Shown here in pieces: positions 1-7,600 of a stretch of 32,000 bases of DNA. Within the stretch, counting starts at the first letter, position 1. The number at the start of each line of letters is the position of its first letter. The notes beneath the pieces are model-generated. The model made no database searches. It was not told where the DNA came from and saw only the letters and a list, made by a program, of their open reading frames with translations. The DNA is taken from positions 1 through 32,000 of the forward strand of contig LYOS01000001.1 of the NCBI GenBank assembly GCA_001766815.1, read 5' to 3'. This DNA is from Candidatus Syntropharchaeum caldarium. GTDB lineage: Archaea > Halobacteriota > Syntropharchaeia > Syntropharchaeales > Syntropharchaeaceae. A program made the position numbers and the translations under genes.

Positions 1-156
1 TGAGTTCATCCGCGAAGTCGAGCATATCTTCAAAAACCTCAATCCCATGTTCATTCACGCTGAGCATACACAAACACCATCGTAATCTCTCTCAAGGAAT
101 GAATATAATACTTTCCATGTGGGAATGAGGGGAGAGTAGGAACGTTGCAAAAACCA

Positions 157-162
157 TTTATA
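157..162 (+). promoter_or_regulatory. candidate archaeal TATA box for tRNA-Val
   Basis: TTTATA at 157-162 follows an A-rich BRE-like stretch (gcaaaaacca). It is centred about 25 nt upstream of the tRNA 5' end at 185, which is the usual archaeal spacing. Confidence 0.4.
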
Positions 163-184
163 CACCGAGCACGATTCATGTACA

Positions 185-258
185 GGGCCCGTGGTCTAGT
201 CGGTTATGACATCGCCTTGACACGGCGGGGATCCTGAGTTCGAATCTCAGCGGGCCCA
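185..258 (+). tRNA. tRNA-Val (anticodon GAC)
   Basis: Hand-folded cloverleaf. The acceptor stem is GGGCCCG/CGGGCCC. The anticodon stem is TCGCC/GGCGG with loop TTGACAC (anticodon GAC). The variable loop is 5 nt. The T-arm is CTGAG-TTCGAAT-CTCAG. The discriminator is A and no CCA is encoded. Confidence 0.9.
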
Positions 259-263
259 TTTTT
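259..263 (+). terminator. oligo-T tract immediately after the tRNA
   Basis: TTTTT lies directly 3' of the discriminator base. Archaeal RNA polymerase terminates at oligo-T runs. Confidence 0.4.
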
Positions 264-426
264 AGATATTTCCTCAATTTTTCGCGAATTCTCTTGTCTC
301 ACCATTTCTGATGGCTTTACCGATTCCTACTCCATCTCCTGATGTGGTATGAGTGAAAAATATAAAATTGCTGAGCAATCTAAGGATTGTGGAGATCTTG
401 AAAGAAGCGGAGGAGATTCTGCTTAA

Positions 427-1289
427 ATGACGATAAGGAAACACACTGTGTACATCACCAAGGTTCAAAACGAAGATGTATATTCTGCATTAAAGCTCTC
501 GATCGATGAGATTCTTACAGAAGCGTTTTTATCTGGCATTGAAAAAGTACTGATAAAACCAAACTTCCTGAACAGTTCTTCTGCCGAAACAGGCGTTACA
601 ACCGACCTCAGGATTATTGAGGGTTTGATCGAAATATTGAAAGAGAAAGGCATAAAAGAGATATATGTGGGGGAAGCATCCTTTGAGAAGACTCAGAGGG
701 TCTTTGAATCACTGGATGTCTATAATCTCGAACAGGATGGTGTGAAGGTTGTAAACTTTGAAGAGGATGAATGGATAGTGGTGGAATCACCATTGAAGCT
801 GGCTCTGAAGCATTTTCACCTGCCAAAGACGGTTATGGATTGTGATCTTATCATAAACGTTGCCAAGATGAAGACACACAGTGAGACCGGTGTTTCACTC
901 GGGATAAAGAATCTTTTAGGATGTATTCTAAGAGGCGCTTTGAGATGCCGCCAAGAATTCCATCATTCAGATCATATCTGCTCTCTTATCTGATGGAAGA
1001 GTTCTTCAGGAAGATCCCATATCCGAAGTTTGAAGAGCGCTGCACAGGATGTGAGAGCTGTGCTCTGAGCTGTCCGATAGGAAATATCACGCTAATTAAT
1101 AGTAAAGTTAATATAGATGAGAAGGAATGTATCGGTTGTATGGTCTGTATCGAAGCATGCAGAAGGGGGGTACTGGATTACAGGGTGCAACACGAGTTGA
1201 TATATGGAGTTGGGAGGAGAATATATCGGCTGGGAAGTGTGTGGACGAAAAGATGCCTTTCTGGATTGAGAACGGTATGCAAAAGATGA
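427..1289 (+). pseudogene. disrupted DUF362 domain / 2x[4Fe-4S] ferredoxin-domain gene
   Basis: The start is good: ATG at 427 with GGAGGAG about 11 nt upstream. Frame 1 (427-993) gives a DUF362-like sequence (KPNF..., VAKMKTHSETGVSLGIKNLLGC) and then stops. The ferredoxin part (CTGCESCALSCP ... CIGCMVCIEAC) continues in a different frame (921-1289). The spacer between the KNLLGC motif and the Fe-S domain looks too short for an intact DUF362. This implies a frameshift and possibly an internal deletion. An assembly error would look the same. Confidence 0.5.
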
Positions 1290-1298
1290 GGTACTGAG

Positions 1299-1469
1299 AT
1301 GGAGAGGAGTAAAGAGTGGATTCACGAAGCAGAACGTGGTCTGGAGCATGCCAAAAGCGATATGGAAAGATTTTACTACAATTGGGCATGTTTTTCCGCC
1401 CAGCAAGAATGTATCGGACTTACCTATACATCGCTTCTTGTCGGCTATTACTGTCCCAATTTTATCTGA
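1299..1469 (+). pseudogene. HEPN-domain N-terminal fragment (56 codons)
   Basis: My own translation is MERSKEWIHEAERGLEHAKSDMERFYYNWACFSAQQECIG... It matches the typical N-terminus of small archaeal HEPN proteins (W..A..dL.hA...... y.wAcF.aQQ) but ends after 56 aa. Intact members are about 120-130 aa. It falls below the ORF-track length cut-off. Confidence 0.35.
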
Positions 1470-1482
1470 GTCCACAATAAGT

Positions 1483-1490
1483 AAAAAAAA
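1483..1490 (-). terminator. T8 tract downstream of vapC
   Basis: The plus-strand A8 run equals T8 on the minus strand. It lies about 50 nt after the vapC stop at 1539, so it is a plausible archaeal oligo-T terminator for the vapBC operon. Confidence 0.35.
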
Positions 1491-1538
1491 GATAAGCGTT
1501 ATAACTGCGATCCCTGGAGTGTGTTCATTCGATATCCA

Positions 1539-1949
1539 TTATATTAGCTTCAAACTTCTCTTCGACTTTACTTTCTCATGTAACTTTGCATCCGTAGTTA
1601 GAAGTGGCGCTTTCTCCCTTTCTGAAGCGGCTATGAAGAGGGAATCGTAGATCGTGATCTTATCTGTGATTGCAATTTCAAAAGCATCCTCGATTACTTC
1701 CTGTGAACTTATGACCTTGCACACACCAAGAATAAAATCTACACTACTTTTCAGTGCTTTTAATGCAACCTCCTTTGATTCATTGAAGAATATCACCCTC
1801 TTCCAGGCAACGTTTGCCACTTCGGCGATCGCAAGATCAACTGTTATCAATTCGTAATTCTCTGCAACTTTTTCAGCTCTATCAGAAGATTCTTCCTTGA
1901 AGAATATCGCTGCAATAACACCTGAATCGAGGATTGCTCTATCTGGCAT
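1539..1949 (-). CDS. vapC: PIN-domain toxin VapC
   Basis: The protein is 136 aa with the PIN acidic residues in the expected contexts (ILDSGV, AEVANV, IYDSLFIA, LTTDAKL). It overlaps the upstream small antitoxin gene by 11 nt. Confidence 0.85.
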   Translation of the reverse strand: MPDRAILDSGVIAAIFFKEESSDRAEKVAENYELITVDLAIAEVANVAWKRVIFFNESKEVALKALKSSVDFILGVCKVISSQEVIEDAFEIAITDKITIYDSLFIAASEREKAPLLTTDAKLHEKVKSKRSLKLI

Positions 1950-2166
1950 CTCTATCCTCTCTAATCAGTTCAGAAGCACTCACATCTGCTTTCATATCTT
2001 TTCTTATCTTCTTTGCATCGGCAAGTAATCTTTCTTTACGTTTATTTTTGACCAGTTCTTCCACTACCTTTCTTATCTCCTCCTGCCAGTTTATATCTCT
2101 CATCTCTTCCATCATCTTGCGTAATTCCACCGGAATCCTTATGCTGTATACAGTTTTTGTAGACAT
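1939..2166 (-). CDS. vapB: VapB-type antitoxin (small, charged, DNA-binding-like N-terminus)
   Basis: This 75-aa ORF sits immediately upstream of vapC and overlaps it. The N-terminal stretch YSIRIPVELRKMMEE resembles ribbon-helix-helix/CopG-type antitoxins, and the C-terminus is Lys/Glu-rich. The call rests mainly on context. Confidence 0.7.
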   Translation of the reverse strand: MSTKTVYSIRIPVELRKMMEEMRDINWQEEIRKVVEELVKNKRKERLLADAKKIRKDMKADVSASELIREDRDAR

Positions 2167-2215
2167 AATTGTATGTTTACTTTAACCGTATATAAATGTT
2201 CTTCTGTAGATCGAA

Positions 2216-2266
2216 CCCAAACTCGAACACCAACAGACACCCCAGCACGAGCGTTATAACTGTGAT
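2216..2266. repeat. 51-nt dispersed repeat, copy 1 (upstream of vapBC)
   Basis: The sequence is cccaaactcgaacaccaacagacaccccagcacgagcgttataactgtgat. It matches 2927-2977 at 48 of 51 positions, counted by hand. Weaker similarity continues a few more codons (cataaac). Confidence 0.85.
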
Positions 2267-2312
2267 ACAGTCATAAACCAAAATCAAAGGTTTTATTTTC
2301 TTCTGAACTCTC

Positions 2313-2552
2313 TTATTTCACCTTTTCTAAAAGTTGAAAATAACGTTCCCTACTCATCTCTGCTGTTTTCATATTTGTGCGGATATGTGTTACAGGCACA
2401 CGTTTTGGGCTATTTTTAATTACCAGGGGACGTTTAACCCCGGGTTTTGTCATTATTATGTGATCGCCTTTTATCCTCACAATAGAAAAGCCATCTGCCT
2501 CAAAAATCTTTAGAAGAAGGGTGTAAGAGATAGGCGTAATTTTTCTGCTCAT
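2313..2552 (-). CDS. hicA: HicA-family toxin (YcfA-like mRNA interferase)
   Basis: The 79-aa protein shows the HicA pattern (ISYTLLLKIFEADGFSIVRIKGDHIIM). It starts 6 nt downstream of a HicB-like gene. Confidence 0.8.
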   Translation of the reverse strand: MSRKITPISYTLLLKIFEADGFSIVRIKGDHIIMTKPGVKRPLVIKNSPKRVPVTHIRTNMKTAEMSRERYFQLLEKVK

Positions 2553-2557
2553 TCAGC

Positions 2558-2824
2558 TCAATAGGATAAAGCCATCTTCTCTTCCACAACAGGTTCTTCG
2601 GGTCTCCAATTATCTATCTCCTTTACAAATCCCGCATCCTCTAAAACTTCTTCTAATGTTCCCATTGCTTCACATTCCTCTAAAAAAGCCTCTAACGCCT
2701 CTCTCAGTGACCTCTTTGCACCTTCAATATCATCCCCAAAACTTGAAACGTTAAGTTCAGGACAAAGCGCTACATAGACATCTTCTTCTCTAAAGATTTT
2801 TGCTTCCAATGTGATGGTGGGCAT
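2558..2824 (-). CDS. hicB: HicB-family antitoxin (UPF0150-like)
   Basis: MPTITLEAKIFREEDVYVALCPELNVSSFGDDIEGAKRSLREALEAFLEE is typical of the HicB N-terminal domain. I prefer the internal ATG at 2824, which is preceded by GGAG, over the track start at 2860. Confidence 0.75.
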   Translation of the reverse strand: MPTITLEAKIFREEDVYVALCPELNVSSFGDDIEGAKRSLREALEAFLEECEAMGTLEEVLEDAGFVKEIDNWRPEEPVVEEKMALSY

Positions 2825-2872
2825 GTTTCTTCTCCTATGATTCCTATTTATTTTCTCCAATATAAAAACCTT

Positions 2873-2998
2873 CTAACGATCCACCTTCCACCCAACCCCA
2901 CCAGCCACAACCCCATTCCCCACAGCCCCAAACTCGCCCACCAACAGACACCCCAGCACGAGCGTTGTAACTGTGATCCCACCATAAACATAGGTCAT
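2873..2998 (-). CDS. 41-codon hydrophobic small ORF carrying repeat copy 2 (possibly a remnant of a longer membrane protein)
   Basis: My own translation is MTYVYGGITVTTLVLGCLLVGEFGAVGNGVVAGGVGWKVDR. The frame stays open about 40 further codons upstream (RKKFIRAVILSILVSRGILFAVIHFIPLLKEC) with no ATG or GTG before a TAA. It could be a start-less gene remnant or a genuine small ORF. Confidence 0.25.
   Translation of the reverse strand: MTYVYGGITVTTLVLGCLLVGEFGAVGNGVVAGGVGWKVDR
2927..2977. repeat. 51-nt dispersed repeat, copy 2 (upstream of hicBA)
   Basis: The sequence is cccaaactcgcccaccaacagacaccccagcacgagcgttgtaactgtgat. It is 48/51 identical to 2216-2266 and in the same orientation, 711 bp away. 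Confidence 0.85.
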
Positions 2999-3383
2999 GC
3001 ACTCTTTCAACAGAGGTATAAAGTGAATTACCGCAAAAAGAATACCTCTTGAGACCAGAATCGATAAGATAACAGCTCGAATGAATTTCTTGCGTACTCC
3101 TCTTATCGTATCGTATCCCTCTTAAGTTTTTTTATGGTTGTGTGAGCCTTCAGCAAGCAGAGAAATATCACCATTATTGAAAGAACGACTCGTGGGGTAT
3201 CCTCTAACATCCTTGCAAGAGAAGATCGAGACCAAACTCATGGCAGCAATGATCGCAGATGCGAGCTCGATATCCTGAGTAGCGCAAAAGCGGGCGGTTT
3301 TAATTGGTGTGTAAAGTTGGGTAAATTAAGAAACTCCTCATATAGGTTAAATATATTTACCCATTCCCATCTTTATAGATCTG

Positions 3384-4142
3384 ATGCGAGTGTTGATCCT
3401 GTTGATTCTATTGTTGATTCTATTCTTCACACTGATCACACCCCTCTCACATGCTGATACAACCTGCACGATTGGTGGGGTAGCTTACGACTATCTAACA
3501 CTCGAACCTCTCCCTGATACAATAATAGAGATAAATACAACCCCTCCACAGACCTATGTATCAAAAGACGGGAACTACCGCCTCAATGTACCAGAAGGAT
3601 CATACCACCTCACTGCGAAACACTATGAAAATAACCTGCTTGAGTACTACACCGAAGAGAACATAACAGTTGCAGGTGGCGGCGATTATACACTCGACCT
3701 GATTATGCTACCCGCTATCGAGGATGAGTTCCTCTTTGATGAGCCAGATTTAAGCGATTTCGATGATGTTCTGATCGAGGATGAAAGCCAAGAGAATCAA
3801 ATATGGCTCATGGTTCCTGCGGTAATCGCCTTTATCGTTATCATTACAATTACAGGGTGGTATCTGCTTTTTGCAAGATCAAAGAAGATAGAAGAGGGTA
3901 CCACTGAAGCGATGATAAAGTCAGAGGAAGGGGACCTGAGACCTCTTCCAGATGATCTTCTTGAGATCGTCGAGATCCTGAAGAAACATGATGGCAGGAT
4001 GACTCAGAAAGAGTTACGAAAACTTTTACCGCACTCTGAATCCAAGATAAGCCTTATGATAACTGATCTTGAGAATCGGGGGATTGTGACCCGGGTAAAA
4101 CGTGGAAGGGGGAACGTTATTCTCTTAGAAAGTTCTCAATGA
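3384..4142 (+). CDS. membrane-tethered winged-helix regulator with extracytoplasmic CarboxypepD_reg-like beta-sandwich
   Basis: The parts in order are an N-terminal signal/TM (LILLILLLILFFTLITPLSHA) and a carboxypeptidase-regulatory-like segment (GVAYDY...DGNYRLNVPEGSYHLTA). An acidic linker and a second TM (WLMVPAVIAFIVIITITGWYLLF) follow. The C-terminus is wHTH-like (MTQKELRKLLPHSESKISLMITDLENRGIVTRVKRGRGNVI). Confidence 0.7.
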   Translation: MRVLILLILLLILFFTLITPLSHADTTCTIGGVAYDYLTLEPLPDTIIEINTTPPQTYVSKDGNYRLNVPEGSYHLTAKHYENNLLEYYTEENITVAGGGDYTLDLIMLPAIEDEFLFDEPDLSDFDDVLIEDESQENQIWLMVPAVIAFIVIITITGWYLLFARSKKIEEGTTEAMIKSEEGDLRPLPDDLLEIVEILKKHDGRMTQKELRKLLPHSESKISLMITDLENRGIVTRVKRGRGNVILLESSQ

Positions 4143-4680
4143 TCTTCAGGCCTTCTCCTGTTAAAATACTTTCTGGGTGGAACTGGATGCCCTCTGTCGG
4201 ATAATCTCTGTGCCTGATCCCCATAATCATTCCCTCAAAGCTTGCAGAAACCTCAAAGCAATCTGGAAGTTCACTCACAATGAGAGAGTGGTATCTCCCA
4301 GCCTCAAGTGGGTTTGAGATACCTTTAAAGATCGTTTTACCATCATGCTCCACGAATGAGGTCTTACCATGAACAGGACCCGTGGGTGCGTGTGCGACCT
4401 TGCCGCCCCATGCAACCGCGATCGCCTGATGCCCCATACAGACACCAAGTATCGGGATCTCCTTAAACTCACGGATTATATCAAGTGATGAACCAACATC
4501 CCGCGGTTTATGTGGATTTCCTGGACCGGGGGAGATCACGATCTTGTCCGGGTTGATCTGTCTAACTTTATCGAGTGTTATCGTATTCGGATGGACGATT
4601 GTATCCTTCTCAAAGATTGAGACATACTCAACCAGATTCCAGACAAACGAATCGAAGTTGTTCACAAATAGTATCTTCAC
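4117..4680 (-). CDS. trpG: anthranilate synthase component II (glutamine amidotransferase)
   Basis: The 187-aa protein has class I GATase motifs (ILFVNNFDSFVWNL, GVCMGHQ, IQFHPES). It starts with GTG at 4680. The PabA alternative cannot be excluded from sequence alone. Confidence 0.85.
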   Translation of the reverse strand: MKILFVNNFDSFVWNLVEYVSIFEKDTIVHPNTITLDKVRQINPDKIVISPGPGNPHKPRDVGSSLDIIREFKEIPILGVCMGHQAIAVAWGGKVAHAPTGPVHGKTSFVEHDGKTIFKGISNPLEAGRYHSLIVSELPDCFEVSASFEGMIMGIRHRDYPTEGIQFHPESILTGEGLKIIENFLRE

Positions 4681-7600
4681 TTTGATCCCTCCACCACCCT
4701 TATCTCTTCCTCACTCAACCCATACAGCTCATAAACCATTCTATCGATCTCCTTATCTGTTGCCTCAATCTCACGCTCCAACTCCACCCGCTTCTCGACC
4801 TCATCCAGATAAACCTCCATGATCTCATCAATAACTTTCCTGTTCTCCTCCTCTCGCTCAGCAAATCTTGGCACCTTGATCTTCAGGATCCGCTCATAGA
4901 TATTCCCTTTTCCGATCTTCCCGGGTTTCACATACTCTTTTATGCTGTAGTAGAGAAATTTCCTTAAATTAACGTCCTCGATCCTGCACCTGAAGGCACG
5001 AACATTCTCGATCAATACCTCCTTGCCCTTGCTGGTTTTGAAGATGTAACCAACCTTGAATACAAGCCAATCACCTTCCTCAATAATCTCAAATGCTTTG
5101 ATCTTGCCCTTGATCTGATTGATCGGATTGCCGTAATGGTCTTTCAGGACTTCTTTATCACTTACTGGTAAATCTTTGATGTAGTCTTTGAGCGTGCTAT
5201 CCTTAACGCGTGGATACAGGCTTACATAGCGGTCGAAGTCGGTGTTTATCGTGTTTAGTTCTTTGTTGAGGGCGAGCATTCGATCTACGAGTTCGATGAT
5301 GGGTTTTTGCTGGGATGGGGTCGCCGGGTAGATTGGGAGCTGCTCAATCATCTCGATGTCTGTCTGTGCCATCGTTCTGCCCAGCTCCAGGCTGATAAGG
5401 TGGTAATAATGGTTCATGAGCCTTGAGTTTAAAATGGCTAAGATGTATCTCAGGTCATAACCCTCATTCTCAAGGATGAGAGAGTGCAGGTTATTCAAAT
5501 GATAGTACTTATCAGGGTCATAGGTTGCGACAATGCTATCACCAGTCTGTCGCATCAGCAATTTCTCTTTGAGAACGACCTCTGGATCCCACCCCCCACT
5601 CCATAAAATCGAGGGTTCAATGTGCAGAAAGTACCCTGTATATCCAAGCCAGTACCTTCCAATCTCACTCCCGGAGATCAAACCGGGGTACCACCTTTCA
5701 CCCTTCTTCTCCTTACTGATGATATTTTTCTGCCCTACCTTTGATCTAACACCTGTATATATACTTGCTATCTCGTTTAGCCCTATCCCTTTCTCTTCTA
5801 TTCTCTCCACAAATGATTTAGATTCCTCATCGAAAAACAACCTGAATCGATTATGCAAGACACTTTCAAAGTATCTCTGCTCATAGGAGTATGTCTTAAC
5901 ATCTCCCTTAAAAATATCCTCCAATCTCGGAGATAACTTTACAGCAACCTTATTCTTTAATCTCGAAGCTTCATCTTTTTCTTTCTCCAGTATGATGATG
6001 ACACTTCTGCCGACCGTTCCGTGGGGCCAGAAGTCCTCTAAAAACAATACAATCTCTCTTATTTTAGCTGTATCAAGTATGAATCGTCTTATTTTTGAGA
6101 AGTATCTACCAAGCAGGAAGCTATCTGGAACGATAAAGCCAAAGATTCCACCATCTTTCAGAAAAGTAATGGCACGATTCATAAATATGGCGTACGTGCT
6201 GAGCTTATATTCTGCTGAATTTGGATAATTCTCTCTAAAATACTTATCCATTGATCTTTCAATTTTTCCAACACCCCGTAACCCAAAACTTACCCACGGC
6301 GGATTCCCGACCACCACATCAAAACCCTCCTCACCAAACGCTTCCTTCCAGTTGAACGGCTTCTTATCTTCCCAGCTCTCTCCAAAGTATTCTCTTAACT
6401 CCTCCTCACTTCCTGAGATCAGCGAGTTCCCGACCCTGATATTCTCATCAAGGATCAGAGGGAGCTTCTCCTTTGGTTTAAGCGCTTTTAACATGAGGTT
6501 CACAGATGCGATCTCTGCTGCCTGGCGGTCGAGATCAACCCCAAAGATATTATTCTCCAGTATCTTCTTCTCAACGTCCCTGTACGCTGCGTACTCAAGC
6601 CCGTTCATTTCATCGAGCTTGAGCTGATTACCGCCTGACCTGAGATACTCCCTGATCCTTTTCTCCCGTTCCTCTCTTATCCGTTCATTCTCCGCATCAT
6701 AGTAATCTTTAAAATAATCGAACGCTTTAATCAGGAATGAGCCAGATCCACACGCAGGATCAAGCACACGGATCTTCTCAACCTCTTCTGGCGTCTTACC
6801 TTTAAGAAGCTCTCCAAGTGTATTCCTGATGATGTAATCGACCACGTATCGAGGTGTGTAGTATATCCCTGACTCCTTCCTCGTCGCCTGACTCGGTCTC
6901 AATCCGAGCGTCCCGTCATCCTTAAAGTAGAGCGTGTGACCAAGGTATGTCTCGTACGTATTTCCAAGAATATCGAAATCGAACTTCCTGAAAGAGATCT
7001 GGTTCATCTCATCGATGATCGCACCCAAGGTCTCATCACCGATCTTCACCTGCTCGCAGATGTGCCCACGCTCGAATATCTTGCCATCGTGGATCTCGTT
7101 GAACTTATCAAATAGAGCCCTGTCTGCAAATAAGGAATCGACAATAGAATTGTATGTTGGCGAGAGCTTCCAGTCGTTGTACTTTCGCTGGAGGATATTT
7201 GGATCTTCAAGAACAAGGTTATCCTCTGCCCACCTTACGATGATCAAACGATCGAGAATACGCTGAACTGCATCTTTCAATCTTTCAAGGTCAGGTTCTC
7301 CGTCTCCACTTTTTAGAACCTCGTTATCCATGTTTCGCTCGTAAATATCGTTTGCGAGTCTGATTCGCCAGTTCTTCAGGAGTTCCAGAAATTCCAGATC
7401 GATATCAGGTCTCTCATCCCATGCTGCAAGCTTCTCGATCCTGCCAGTTACAACCGCATCCTTTGTTAAATAGAGGAGCTTACCAATTTTATCTGTGTAA
7501 TCATAGATCGACTCAATATCAAGAATCGTGAGGCCGGTTCTTGCATTGAAAACCCTGAACTTCTCGAAGTTTGTGAGAATCGCCCATTTAGCACCCTCTT

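Noticed and set aside
1-67. A minus-strand open frame starting at the ATG at 67 (MLSVNEHGIEVFEDMLDFADEL...) and running off the left edge.
   Set aside because: Only 22 codons are visible and no motif is recognisable, so I cannot support a gene call.
274-468. A 64-aa minus-strand ORF between the tRNA and the DUF362 gene.
   Set aside because: It overlaps the DUF362 start and its RBS, has no recognisable motif and has odd composition. It is most likely a random ORF in an AT-rich spacer.
2837-3052. A 71-aa plus-strand ORF (Pro/His/Asn-rich) covering repeat copy 2.
   Set aside because: Its low-complexity composition is typical of the reverse frame of a Gly/Val-rich sequence. The minus-strand hydrophobic frame is conserved between the two repeat copies, whereas this frame has no second copy with a start.
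3128-3247. A 39-codon minus-strand ATG ORF (MSLVSIFSCKDVRGYPTSRSFNNGDISLLAEGSHNHKKT) in the 330-bp gap before the 3384 gene.
   Set aside because: It has no motif and no RBS-like sequence, and I recognise no homologue. It may be gene debris but cannot be called.
3272-3295. A tRNA-Val 3'-half-like string. atcctgagt (3272-3280) and agcgggc (3289-3295), followed by a T-run, mirror tRNA positions 231-239 and 249-255. It could have marked an attR for the islet.
   Set aside because: The 8-9 nt between the two matching blocks are completely different and one base shorter. It is therefore not a clean direct repeat and cannot fold as a T-arm. It may be chance or an extremely degraded att site. It is worth a computational repeat search but not supportable as a feature.
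4117-4142. The two convergent overlaps are both exactly 26 nt (4117-4142 and 24698-24723), which might suggest a shared bidirectional terminator element.
   Set aside because: Direct comparison of the two 26-mers shows no meaningful similarity, so the equal length appears coincidental.
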